A DNA stretch of 63,992 nucleotides, counting the filler, from Aduncisulcus paluster (Eukaryota): NCBI GenBank assembly GCA_024181965.1. It is 7 parts of 7 records of this genome, joined end to end, with 100 filler letters (N's around TTAATTAATTAA, not from the genome) between each part and the next. Parts side by side here need not be neighbours in the genome. Positions count along the whole stretch, not along the records: positions 31,829 to 39,221 come from BQXS01009748.1; positions 39,322 to 51,660 come from BQXS01009749.1; 5 more parts are not named here. The stretch is one strand, 5' to 3'. A model generated the notes under the pieces. It did no database searches. It saw only the letters and a list, made by a program, of their open reading frames with translations, and had not been told where the DNA came from. Positions 34,682-46,526 of the stretch are shown one piece after another. The number at the start of each line of letters is the position of its first letter. The first letter of the stretch is position 1. The translations under genes were made by a program, and so were the position numbers.

Positions 34682-36799
34682 ATGAGCAAGAAATATATTT
34701 TAACATTACGAAATAAGGAAGAGATGGACGATTTCCTTATGATGGCCTTCTTATATGGGAAAAGTAAGTTCCTTCGAAAACATGGCAGCTTTGATGATTA
34801 TCACATCTGTGCCCTGGATTTCGAAGCATTTCTATCTGGGACGAAATATCCCGATAAAAGAATAACGAAATATGGTTACTATCTCTGTGAATTATCGAAA
34901 ACCCAAAAGAGAAAGGGAATTGTGAAGCCTCAATCACCTAACCATAAATTCTGTGAGATCGGGTTTGCATTTTCTTCTGTTCGGGATGTTTGCACGCAAT
35001 CTTTGATGTCTGATGTGGATTCCTTTGTGTATGCTCCCATTGCTCCTCTCTCTCATTCGTGTGATCATTCAGATATTTCCAGCCCCGAGCATTCTTCACT
35101 AGAGCTGAAACCTATCCCAAACTTTGCCACCCTTCGAGATGACTTTGAACTTGTTCATTCGCAAGGAATCTCTATATCCTGCTCTATATTATCGTCTGAC
35201 ATCACAATGAAGAATCTTAAAAAGTCCTATTTCAAACGAATGATTGATCGTACAACGAAAATCCATGGAATCCCATTCGACTGTGCCCAAGAAGCTCCCA
35301 TCTCTGTCGAGGGGACTCCCGAGCTGTTCTTCTACAGCTGTGTGATCTATGCAGGATATAGCATTCTTGTGCGATGTGATCGAAACTTCCGCTATGAGGA
35401 ATCGTTAGATGTTCCATCGAGCATTCATCATTTTGTCCGACCATCGATGACATGTCTCTCCAAGATTCCCATCAAATACCTTAAAGCCGATGCATTCGTC
35501 ATCCTCACACAAATGTTTGGATCTCCAACGGGCGATCCTGATCCATTGAGCATCTTCGAGTGTTGCATGTGGGCGAAAGGTCCTTCCATGGAGAAAAATG
35601 GTCTCATGGCCGCCCTTTCCAAAATCATTGGTCTGATCCAATCCTCCTCTGTGAAGTCTCCTGGAGGACCGTATGAGTTCGAGTATCTCTCCTTCCTGCG
35701 CGATGAAGGAATAATCGGTTCGTCTGTGCAGTATTTGGGCACTCGTATCCGTGAATGGTGTATTCGTTGCATGCTTTTGTTTTGCAACAATATCCACGAT
35801 CCACTCGATGCAATTGCAATGGACCTTGGCTTTGTTGGGAAGAAATGTCAACGTGCAAGAATATATAGCATGTTTGAGACAGCCATCGATGGTCTTCATA
35901 AATGTCGCCATCATGACATATTCATGCACAACGGGTCTGTATTGAAGGAACGTGAGAAGAGGGAAAAGATGGAACTGAAAGCTCAGCGTGAGATGGAAGA
36001 AGCTGCTCAAGCAATCCAAGAGATGGAGATCTCAGACGGTGTGAATGAAGCAGAGATCATTGGACAAGACATTGGACAAGACATTGGACAAGACATTGGA
36101 GGAAAGAAAAGAAAGGAAGGAAAGGAAGGAAAGGAAGGATATGGATTATTATGTGTTGATGGCTGCCTTCCTTCCCATGAGAGTCTTGGAAGTGTTGTTC
36201 TCGATAGCAGTTATGATGATAGTGTGGATACCCACAGTGGAGATGACATTGGACATTCGTCCAGGGATAACGATGAGTCTTCTTTCAGCATTGATGATTC
36301 TGATGTCATGTGTTCATCGTCTTCTGATGGTTGTATTTCTGATGACGAGCTAATCAAACGACGTGAAGAAGAGCGAAAGAAGGAAGAAGAGGAAAAGTTG
36401 GAAAAGGAACGGAAGAGGAGAGAGGAAGAGGAGAGGAAAGCCAAGATCATACAATCGTGGAAACCTCTGCACGAACAGAATGGATACAAGCGATCCTCGT
36501 CGAATTGTCCATACAAAAGCAAGCACAGACACATGCATTGTGGAGGACAGGATGCAGCTGCGACAGTTGTGTCCGTTGTGTATGCTTTGAAATATGCGAC
36601 TGAGTTGTTGGAACTCGAAGACGCTGAAGATGTCACCATATTAAAACAATGGGGAGAGGAGAAAAGAGAGAAGAGACGTGAAACGAAACGAGCAGAAAAG
36701 GCAAAACACAAGAAACGTTCACGATCCAAGAAAGGAAAACAGCAAGATAAAAATGATACAGAGGGGGGGTTGTCTAAAAAGGATAAAGAAATTAAATAA
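34682..36799 (+). CDS. DEDDh (DnaQ-like) nuclease, Maelstrom-like
   Basis: 705-aa ORF with ordered motifs ALDFEA, CEIG, KIHGIP, an Asp-containing GDPDP segment and C...H..HCGGQD. Confidence 0.6.
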   Translation: MSKKYILTLRNKEEMDDFLMMAFLYGKSKFLRKHGSFDDYHICALDFEAFLSGTKYPDKRITKYGYYLCELSKTQKRKGIVKPQSPNHKFCEIGFAFSSVRDVCTQSLMSDVDSFVYAPIAPLSHSCDHSDISSPEHSSLELKPIPNFATLRDDFELVHSQGISISCSILSSDITMKNLKKSYFKRMIDRTTKIHGIPFDCAQEAPISVEGTPELFFYSCVIYAGYSILVRCDRNFRYEESLDVPSSIHHFVRPSMTCLSKIPIKYLKADAFVILTQMFGSPTGDPDPLSIFECCMWAKGPSMEKNGLMAALSKIIGLIQSSSVKSPGGPYEFEYLSFLRDEGIIGSSVQYLGTRIREWCIRCMLLFCNNIHDPLDAIAMDLGFVGKKCQRARIYSMFETAIDGLHKCRHHDIFMHNGSVLKEREKREKMELKAQREMEEAAQAIQEMEISDGVNEAEIIGQDIGQDIGQDIGGKKRKEGKEGKEGYGLLCVDGCLPSHESLGSVVLDSSYDDSVDTHSGDDIGHSSRDNDESSFSIDDSDVMCSSSSDGCISDDELIKRREEERKKEEEEKLEKERKRREEEERKAKIIQSWKPLHEQNGYKRSSSNCPYKSKHRHMHCGGQDAAATVVSVVYALKYATELLELEDAEDVTILKQWGEEKREKRRETKRAEKAKHKKRSRSKKGKQQDKNDTEGGLSKKDKEIK

Positions 36800-37338
36800 A
36801 ACATATTTATTGATATTCTAAGTAAAGATAAAAACGACGACGTCGACGAGTCTATACTAATAGCTTCTGAAGAGAAAATAGAAAATCCCCGATTTCTCGC
36901 GATATCAGATAGGATTTGACAATATGATTCGATAAAGTGAATAATATATTGGTTATTTATATTTAGAACTTGTCAGATTGTTCATTTATTCCTTATTTTT
37001 AATGGAACCTTAAAAATCGTAAATGTTACTTAATATGATAGATTTACGATCTTAATGATATTAAAATATTGCATATATCATAAATTTTAAATTTATGTGC
37101 TCGATTATGCCTCCCTATATTTGAATTCCCCCAATATAAATCTACAGTTTTCAAAGACAGATTGAAATGACGTGTCAAATATAATCCTGGATTTTCAGGC
37201 TCTGTGCAAAAGGATTTCTATATCTAAACAAATTTACCTTTCATATTTCGATATTTTGAAAGGTTTCTGTTTCATTTCAATTCAATTTTTATTAATCATC
37301 TTAGAGTTTCTCCAAAGAAATTTTTAGAAATTTCAAAA

Positions 37339-39221
37339 ATGTTAGAATATCCGGATTCAATTGAAATTGCAAAGAAAGTCCTTCTCAAACTTAATTTATT
37401 GACAACTAAGATCGATGATCCAGAAAATTTGTGCAAACATGATTTAATAACAATTTTGATTTTACTACGTGATCTACGAGATACAATTATTGGATATTTT
37501 GAGTCTAAAGTGTTATTTACTACTTGCGGGATATGCTATGTTTTGGTATCACTGTTGAAAACTGTGTTTCGCATGAAATCTCAATTATTTCAATATATTC
37601 AAGAGATTCATAATGCATGTCAAGATCAACATTTAGATTATGTTGTCATTGCCGATGGTTTGTTGAAAGTTTACCAAGGTGGCGGGGCCAGTTTATACCA
37701 CTTTGATGAAGAACAGAAACTCCATTCAACTCCGATTCCAGACTCAATTATAGAAAATATCTCAGCTCCGCCAGCAATATTGGTATCAATTTGTAATTCA
37801 TCCTCATACAAAGAACAAGATTCGTTTGATTCAGAAAATGAAATGCTCCATGAAAAACCTGGTCCAACTATTCCCCGAAATAACCTTTTATCACTATCTT
37901 TATATACAATATTTCTACTGTCAATAATTGAGATTTATGCTATAACAATATGTAACAGCATCGCCTCCTCTAACGATCTATTTCCAGCAATTGTCCAAGC
38001 CGGTGTGATAAATGTTGTTTTTGAGTATGTGTCGAAGAAAATGATGAGTCCCAAGGAAAATACATATAGAAAAATGGATATCCCTGAAGAATATCTATTT
38101 TTAGATTCATTTCCACCTCAAACTGCTCTTTTCTTCCTCACGATTGCTTCTATGCTCCCTGATTCATCTGTAGCCATTGAGGATCTTTTATCATCATCAC
38201 CCAAGAATTTTGACGATTTCATTATCAATATAGCCCTATCGTGCTCACGTGATATCGTTCATTATTGCGAAGGTGAATCATACAAATCCTGTTTGTTCGA
38301 TAATGTCGGCCTTTCCCTAATTCAACGAGGGCAATTCCATCTCTCCAAGTCCACTGCAGGAAAAGCTGGGAACAAATCTTCAACCGGTCATCCAAACTTT
38401 CCCATCACTGACGATATTATTACCTCGGCTGACCCATTTGCTTCCTCATTCAGATCAATGAAATATCAGTATGATTCCACACTGATTCAAACGGTATTCG
38501 AGGCAATGACATACAATGATAGTGCAACAGAATTGGATATTTTGAGAGTCGGAGGACCATCTCGATGTGAGGATTTTACCTCAAGTTGTGAATCTCCAAT
38601 CTCCTCGTTATTCTCGCCCTATGTCACTTCTTCCAAGGATTCTGGATCACATTTATTTCATATTATTATCCATGCTGCTTGTACATTGCAAGATCACATT
38701 GATTCCTATCTTCCTTCGCCTTGTCTTGATATTTCCCCTCTTCTCTTCTCTTTGACTCCCCATTTGAACAATTCTCTGTCAATGCTGGTGTTTATGGCCT
38801 CAAGCTTACCATTTACTAAATCTTCGACCCAAATGTATCTTTCGCATTGTGTTATCTTGCCTTTACTGCATTTCTTGTTTGGACATCCCTCAAGTCAAAT
38901 CGAAAGATCAAGACATTCCTTGCAAAGAAATGTATCTCCTTCCTCACAAACAACAACAATATCAGGACATCAGGAGGAACAAGAAAGAAGGACAAAAACA
39001 AAAACAAAATCAAGAACAAAATCAAGAACAAAAAGAGGAAGGGGAGATGGAGGAAGAGGAGGAGGAGAAGGAGGAAGAGGAGGAGGAAGAGGGAGAGGGA
39101 GAGAAGAGAAGCTTGGAATATCTTCAATTCCTCATGTTCTTCAATCCAAAGCCTATTTATTGAAACATCATTATCCTGGATTTTTCCATTCTCTCTCACA
39201 CTCCCAAACAAATTCTATCCT
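37339..39221 (+). CDS. Hypothetical helical protein with RGG-rich segment, 3'-truncated
   Basis: ATG-initiated ORF of >620 aa running into the contig end; low-complexity GRGGG stretch near the end. Confidence 0.75.
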
Positions 39222-39321
39222 NNNNNNNNNNNNNNNNNNNNNNNNNNNNNNNNNNNNNNNNNNNNTTAATTAATTAANNNNNNNNNNNNNNNNNNNNNNN
39301 NNNNNNNNNNNNNNNNNNNNN
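39222..39321. other. Artificial contig linker
   Basis: N44-TTAATTAATTAA-N44. Confidence 0.98.
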
Positions 39322-39667
39322 GTTCGAAGAGATCTTCATTGCCGGCAGTAATCTTGAAGAACCACACAATTTGGAGAATATAAAGGACAAGAATGAGGAT
39401 AGAAGCGGGGATAGAGACAAGAACAAATAATCCGGCGCAACAACAGGATTCAGAGCATAAGACAACCATCTTGAAGAAACCGAAAAAGAAACCGATAGAT
39501 TGAGCCACAATGGACCAAACAAGAATCTTTTTAAGATTCTCAAGATCGTCTGTCATCGTCTCATCACCGAGCTTATTAAGATAGATAATACTCATGATAA
39601 ATAATGTGACATTAATAGCAAATTGAAGAAATTCGAAGATAGCATTTTTTTTCTTTTGTTCAGACAT
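39322..39667 (-). CDS. Small multi-pass membrane protein, copy 1 (3'-truncated)
   Basis: MSEQKKKNAIFEF..., three hydrophobic helices and a CCC motif; runs into the contig end. Confidence 0.75.
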
Positions 39668-40002
39668 TGTTTTTGTCGGCAAATTTCAAACTTCTCAGTT
39701 CAGCTCAAGGAAATGAGGGAGAAATGCTTTTTCTCAGAAAAATCTAAAAATAGTCAAGACATAATACATACATTTATCGTTCCTTTGATAGGAATAAAAA
39801 GGGGGAATAAATAAATGTTCTTACTTTTCGGTTTCAAAATGTGAAAATTTCCATGATTTTCCTAAGATATGAAGAAGTATTGAAATGTGTTCTCCACGCT
39901 ACTGTCGTTCTTGCATGAGCGTGGTATTGTCCACTGTGACCTGAAGCCTCAGAATGTGACTGATCGATGCTGTTGGCAACGGTCTTCTGTGCGACTTTGA
40001 GG
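39359..40002. repeat. 644-bp inverted repeat, left copy
   Basis: Reverse complement of 51017-51660; the ORF translations in both copies are identical. Confidence 0.93.
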
Positions 40003-40487
40003 GCGCCGTCGATTGTGGTGACCGTACTGACATCAATAGGAATTTTTCCTTGTGTAGAAAGAATATGCAAATTCTTTACGAATGCCTTCATTGTCAAGCA
40101 CAAAATGCCGGTAAATTGATCTTCATTATTTGAGAATGAAAAAGAGATGAAATCAATTCAATTTAAAATAAATTACCATTTAAAACCTATAATTATTTTT
40201 TTATTGTTCTTTTAATTCCTTAATAAGGGATGAATACGGCAACGAAATCATCAACTTGAAAGTTGAACTTTCAAAAAGTCATCAAATCGAGATAATCACA
40301 TTTATTTAACAGACCAAAAATAGAATATAATTAAACAAATTGATTGACAAGAAGCAGAAATTAACCTTGATACGAATCCATCATATATTAAAAATCAAAC
40401 AATACCTATGTGACATAAACAGAAATATTGACACATTAAAACAAGTGTAATAAGTAAACAAGAGAGACAAAGTTGAATCTTCTTGGA

Positions 40488-41798
40488 TTAGAATCCGCCC
40501 ATAATTCCTTGGGCCATTCCACCCATGGCAGCACCCTGGGCACTCATGTCCTGGACCTTGTCCTTGTTCACAGTGAGTCCAGCATTGGCGTACTCTTCTT
40601 CCATGGCTTTCTTGGCCATTTCCATCATTTCTCCGTCCATACCCATGGCTCCCATGAATCCAGCTCCAGCGGAGGCACCAGATTCATACACCGCACGTCT
40701 GTCAGGACCAGGCATCTGGGCAGCAATACGCTCAGCAACCAGTTCAGGGTTGAAGACGTTAACCTTCAACTCCTCAATGCTCTGAGGAGTAATGTTCTTG
40801 TGAGTACCACGAGAAGCCTTGGCAATGGCAGAGAGGTAAGCGTTGGCAGTAGCACCTCCAAGGAAGTTGGTAGTGTGGATGACAGTGTTGGGGAGATTAG
40901 TCTTGACCCAGCTAGCGATGGCAGAAGGACTGGTGATTCCAGAGGTAGGCTCACCATCAGAGAGCAAGTACACAGTATCAACAGTGCCATAGGCAGGAAC
41001 AGAGGCAAGACCCATGGAGATGTTGGTACCATTACGAGGAGCAACATGGGGACCAGTGGAGAAGGCCATACCAGCATCAATAGAGTCGGAACCAGTGACA
41101 AGGGTGGATGACATGTGCTCGAGAGCAGTGTCGAAAGTAACAATGCCAAAGTTAGCACCTTCCTTGAGTCTTGGGAGCATTTGGCACATGGAATCGGACA
41201 CCCATCCAGCTCTAGTCTTGGTAGTGCCATCTAAAGTGACTTTTTCTCCCATACTTCCACTTCTGTCAAGAATGAAGACAATGTTGTCTCCTTCAACAGT
41301 GGGACCAAAGATGTTAACACCTACTTGACGGACACAGAGGGGAAGATCGAGGGTACGTTTGATGGATATGTATTCGCGGCTTTCTGTGTCAATGGAGCCA
41401 TCGTCTTCGGAACAACAGAGCTTAATGAGTTCCTCATCAAAGGCCTTTGAAGAACGGGCCCACTCAATCAACTTCAGAGCATCAACAGCAAACCGAGGAT
41501 TACCAAGAGCTTCTTTCAAGAACTTGACAAGAACAACGATATCATTTCCGGAGGAGGGAAGGAAAGCGGGTTGGAGAAGCTCGAGGGCATCAATGAGCAT
41601 GTTGTTCATCTCCTTAAGAGGCTCGAGAACAACGATTAATTGAGCAAGGGTAACACCAATGGAGCTATCAGCTTGGAGGAACTCACAAAACTCCTTGATA
41701 GTGGCAAGAGCACGGAAAGAGGGCATCGCAGCAGCAATCTTATCGGCCCAAGAAAGGAGGACAACAGAGCTAACAGGGGTTGGGTAATCTTCAGCCAT
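40488..41798 (-). CDS. von Willebrand factor A (vWA) domain protein
   Basis: MIDAS motifs FILDRSGSM, GTNI..GL and LLSDGEP; Met/Gly/Ala-rich C-terminus. Confidence 0.88.
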   Translation of the reverse strand: MAEDYPTPVSSVVLLSWADKIAAAMPSFRALATIKEFCEFLQADSSIGVTLAQLIVVLEPLKEMNNMLIDALELLQPAFLPSSGNDIVVLVKFLKEALGNPRFAVDALKLIEWARSSKAFDEELIKLCCSEDDGSIDTESREYISIKRTLDLPLCVRQVGVNIFGPTVEGDNIVFILDRSGSMGEKVTLDGTTKTRAGWVSDSMCQMLPRLKEGANFGIVTFDTALEHMSSTLVTGSDSIDAGMAFSTGPHVAPRNGTNISMGLASVPAYGTVDTVYLLSDGEPTSGITSPSAIASWVKTNLPNTVIHTTNFLGGATANAYLSAIAKASRGTHKNITPQSIEELKVNVFNPELVAERIAAQMPGPDRRAVYESGASAGAGFMGAMGMDGEMMEMAKKAMEEEYANAGLTVNKDKVQDMSAQGAAMGGMAQGIMGGF

Positions 41799-41808
41799 TT
41801 AATAATTT

Positions 41809-41901
41809 CTGAATGTTTAGAGAGAGAGAGACAGTTAAAACACCATAATAAAAATCATGAAAAGTAAAGATGTGTTGTGCAAGAGGATTAGGAAAACATA
41901 C
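41809..41901 (-). other. Putative 5'-UTR intron of the vWA gene (93 nt)
   Basis: GTATGT...(CT)n CTAAACATTCAG ending 10 nt before the ATG. Confidence 0.5.
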
Positions 41902-42519
41902 GTTCTTAACAACTAGGTAAGCAAAAGTGAAAGTTTTTTTTTACCACTTTGAAATGTTCGAAGATATTCCGGATTCTATCATAATTGTTCACAATTCAAA
42001 AGAATTATAGCGTTTTATATTTTCTTATTGGCTATTTTACATGGCAGATTTCTACCTTCAAAGCAGAATGTTGATGATCATCTTTCTGTTTAGTATTCTG
42101 AAATTTTTATGCGAAAAAATTAGTTTAAAATAGTAATTATATCCAATATAAAGAGGAATGATTTTTCAAAATTTGCCAGAATCATTGAGAAAAACTTGAT
42201 AAAAAAATTCCAAGCAATAACTTCCAAGGAATATTGTCTTCATTATAGCAATTAGAATAAGTATCATAATTGAATCCGGCAATAATTATTAATATTGTGA
42301 AATAATCTTCCTATGAAAAGTCATTATTATTGACATATGAAGGGAGATCTAGGAATTTCGCTATTGTTTTTTCTTGCTCTACATTGATACAAATATGTCT
42401 TAATCGGAGTCTCTTGTCAAAAAATTGGCCATTAAACTCGAAAAATGTGGCACAAAACAAAATATTAGTTTCAGCTTGCCCAACAACTTCAACAAGCGCA
42501 AAAAGAGGCTTCCGAGACT

Positions 42520-43321
42520 GATTAGGATAGGGTTAAACTACTTGAAATCGACATTCAAAAATATAAAAATGAACTTTTAGAACCCAAGAGCTTTGCTCAA
42601 GCAGACGGAAAAGGCTGATTATATAAATAGAAAAATAACTTCCGACAATTTAGAATTAAGAGAGCGAACAGCTGAATTAGAAAAAACAAAAAACAAAATG
42701 ATACTTTTAATGAAACATCTTGATTCTTATGGAAAAGAAAAAGATAAACAACACTGTTGTTATTGAAAGATTTATGTATGACAATTGATAAAGCTGAAGA
42801 AAGAGCTTCATCGGATATTATTTCAGCTTCTGAGTCGAATAGAAAATGCTCTATTCTTGAAACGACAGATGTTCAGGACTTGAAATAGTTGCTCTTAAAG
42901 ATGGACACGTATTAATATTAAAGCTGATCGTCGTAGAATAGCTGGTCAAGCAATCGCTAATGTCGCTTCAGTTGAAGAAATGCAGACTTGGCGAACTGCC
43001 TCATTTTTATCCTCATTCCAAGCCAAAATGAGACACCAAATTGCATACATAACTCCTCTAATTACCTCAATATTCAAGGATAAACCATCTTCTGAGAACT
43101 TGTTCATTCAAATGTTGTCAGGGATTTGTCGATCTTTGCATGAATGTCGGTCATTGGCTTGGTCTTCTCTGTCTTCAGTTTGTGATGTTTGTGCTGATAT
43201 TATTAAAGCTTCGTCTCAAACTCTTGTTAACCTCTCCTCCCTTAAATCTTTCGACATGTTCTCGTTCAATCCCAACGAATTCAACTCATGTTTTGTGTGG
43301 ATATGTGCTAAAAACAACTAA
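42520..43321 (+). pseudogene. Decayed coiled-coil protein gene
   Basis: Protein-like runs in shifting frames (VKLLEIDIQKYKNELLE; LELRERTAELEKTKNKM; TIDKAEERASSDII) lead into ORF 42980-43321. Confidence 0.4.
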
Positions 43322-44117
43322 ACTTGATTTTCATATATTCTAACAAAAACAATCATGAATGTGAAAACAAGGAATATCTCTTGCATTAATGCATTGTATT
43401 ATACTCCCAGAAAGACAGGACACTGAATTATTCGAAAATTCTGGTTGTTTATCGCGAGTAATGGCTTGATCTATGATATTGTGATTATATAAGGCTTCGA
43501 CTGAATTGAAACTTTGCATGCCATGAAAATAGGCTCAAATCACAAAACTATCGCACCAAGTCTGAAAATGAGCATCATTGAGGATATATTCCACTCGTTT
43601 TAATGATATGTATGTAATTTAAGTTCATTTTTTAGATCAATAAAAGAATTCATTTCCCATTTCCTTGGGCAAAACAAGACTTAAAATGCCAACTCTTGCA
43701 TTACAATTATCTTCCTTGACATGTAGCAATAAATATATTTATAAAGCAGAATGTAATCTGTTCCCATTTATATTTCACCAGTTTGTTGGTGACAATAACG
43801 AATTACAGCGATTTTTTGATATCACTCATCTAGTTACTATCTGAATCCAATTTTATAGCATTATCATGACATTATTTGGATATTGTATTTCATAAATATT
43901 ATCAATAATACATTTAAAACTTCTGTGAGGAGTAAGGTTTGTTGAACCCTCAACTGACGCCATTTGGACAACACTCTGAAATTTTATATCTCCAAAATCT
44001 CCATATTGTACGTTATTAATACCCATTATCCCGGGATCTATTTTCTATTTAAATTAGTTCGTCCAAATGACTAAATTTCATCACTGTCTCGTTAAAATAT
44101 ACCATTTCCGATAATAC

Positions 44118-44684
44118 ATGCCAAGTTCTGAACCTCTTCATAATTCTTCCTCTTCTAAACAACCACGATCAGGCAAATCCGAGCATGTATCCAAATCTGA
44201 TGGTATAACATTGACATCTGCCAAATCTATCACTCCATTGTGCATCATTGGTCATGGTGGATTCGGAGAGGTTCTTCTTGTCAAAGTTGAAGGTCTTCCT
44301 TTCCCGTGTATTTTGAAGAAAATGCTTCGAGTTGCCGATAAAAAGGTTGTCAAGAGCTGTCGGAAGGAGTTTAAAGTACAACTCAAATTGTTTAACAACC
44401 CCAAATGTTTCAATCGTATTCCACGTCCTCTGTATATTCTTGATCTCCTTGACTCCAATATGAAAGGTGTGTATGGCTTTTTGATGGAGTTTTGTATTGG
44501 ATGCAGTGTAAGTTCATTTGCCAAGAGATGGTGTGTCGTTGAGAAGTCTGATACTGAAAGTCAAGGAGATGGAGAAGAGAAGGAAGAGAAGGAAGAGTCC
44601 TTTTCGTCTTCAGAAGAAGATAGTGATGATCACAAATATTTTGATCCCACGATATTAAATCCTCTGAGAGTGAGTGCCTTATGA
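44118..44684 (+). pseudogene. Truncated kinase (N-lobe only)
   Basis: GHGGFGEV, ILKK and RIPRPLYILDLLD; stops at NPLRVSAL* before the HRD loop. Confidence 0.8.
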
Positions 44685-45106
44685 TACAAAACCCATAATC
44701 TCCTTTGTGGTGTTATCAAGATAGTCCTCAGCAAGAAGGTCAAGAATGTACAAAGGACGAGGGATGCGATTGAAACATTTGGGATTCATGAACAGCTTCT
44801 TTTGGATCTTGAACTCCTCACGACACGCTATAATGACCGTCTCATCTCCGACTTTGAGGACTTTCTTCAGAACACAGGGAAATTCTTTATCAATCCTGAT
44901 AAGTAGCACTTGTCCAAATCCACTTACGCACTTCCTGGATCCCTATCTTGAAACGAATCGCCTTCCTTTTCAGCCTCATCCGATTGAATCATCTGAGTTG
45001 ATGCACTTGATGATACGTAATCTAGCTTTTCCAAATGAGGTTCGTCATGAAGGCTTTGAGATGACAACTCTGAAGAATCACTCTTTTCCTCTTTAGCGGG
45101 CTCCAT
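44679..45106 (-). pseudogene. Truncated, frameshifted kinase fragment
   Basis: SGFGQVLLI..FPCVLKK..RIPRPLYILDLL is out of frame with ATG 45106 and ends before the catalytic loop. Confidence 0.75.
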
Positions 45107-45648
45107 ATATAAAAATTGCTATTTTTAAATGTATTTAAAACGTATTATATTAGAAAATTAATGGATACTAACGTGTAAAAAGAAGGAAATAAGATTAAGT
45201 TAAGAACAAAAGAAAAAATGATAAAATTCTGACATAATTAGAATTAATAACATACAATAAATGAATTATTAACGGATTATGTTCGTGATAGTCGGCAAAT
45301 ACACAACTTACTGAGGGTTTAAAATAGCTAGTCTCCTCAAAAAAAGAAACGGATTATTTCCTTGAATTTAAAATTAAATTTTCACATGATATTAATATCT
45401 TTTCATTAAATTGCATAAAGACTCTATAATAACGAGTTTACAAAAACATCTGTTTGGCAAACTATGGAAGTCATCTCATGAGTATATTCGCCCAAGAAAA
45501 TCGTTTGTTAATATAAATATTTTATTAATAAATCGATATTTTGTCTGGATCATATTTAATTGTCAACAACAGTGATAAAGTATATTTTAAACGCTATAAT
45601 TACATATATATTAATTTACCACTTCGTTCTTCTTTTGATGCCAACCGT

Positions 45649-46053
45649 CTACTCTTCTTCTTCGTCTTCAATATCAAGCCCGAATATATCATCAAGTTCT
45701 TTAATAGGTTTATGTGTGCATACTACAATATTATCAAAATTACTTTGGGCAAGAAAACCATCTACCTTTCTTATATCTTCTTTAAATTTTCTTTCTTTTT
45801 TTCTTTGCAAACCACGCTTCTCTCTTATTTTTTTCTTGTTATATGCTTCCACCATTTCTGGAATTAATTTTTTGGCATAAGCAAAAAAATTAGCAATTTT
45901 TTCATCAACCTTAGCCGCTGACATTAAACTCGCTTCTTTATCATATATAGGTTGTAATTTAGCCATTGTTTTCATTTCAGCATCTTGGATGATATCTGCT
46001 CTTGCTTCAATAAGTAATTTCTGTTTTTCCGCCGCTTTTTCTCGTTTTTTCAT
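45649..46053 (-). CDS. Hypothetical Lys/Glu-rich protein; true start probably upstream
   Basis: 134-aa ORF whose frame stays open upstream to ~46140. Confidence 0.5.
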   Translation of the reverse strand: MKKREKAAEKQKLLIEARADIIQDAEMKTMAKLQPIYDKEASLMSAAKVDEKIANFFAYAKKLIPEMVEAYNKKKIREKRGLQRKKERKFKEDIRKVDGFLAQSNFDNIVVCTHKPIKELDDIFGLDIEDEEEE

Positions 46054-46526
46054 TGCCTTATATTCGAGCTTTGCTGCCTTTTTCTTTTTTTTTCTCGGTC
46101 CTCTGCGGCCTTTCGTTTTACAATTATTGCCAGGAATTTCTTATTATCTTTGTCAGTTATCATTGATTAATCCTAATTCACGCAATTAAAATTCACTTAG
46201 CATTCAAAAGGAAGGGAAAGAACGACTTTTTAATCTTTCTCATGTAGTAACCCATATTTGCCGTTTAAAGCTTTGATATAATGTTAAATTACCTCCTTTT
46301 AACTTAGAGACAATAAAATAATATTATGAAATGGATAAATAAACGAGATACAAGGAGAAGTAAATTAGAGCATTAATTGCATTGAATCATTTTACTTATC
46401 TTTAATTATACTTCTTTTTGATCATGGAAAAATCTCCTAACTTCTTTCTTTGTCCTGTCAATGGAAGAGGGAAGACGAATTGTTGTTTTGCACGTAGTTT
46501 GAAATTATTATATTATTTGTATCACA

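Noticed and set aside
36058-36139. Short tandem repeats (ATTGGACAAGAC)x3 and (GGAAAGGAA)x3
   Set aside because: They are in-frame coding slippage repeats (IGQD, GKE) without spacers, so not CRISPR-like.
40473-41643. Long antisense ORFs over the vWA gene and over other large genes
   Set aside because: They are shadows of codon bias and low-complexity sequence, with no motifs.
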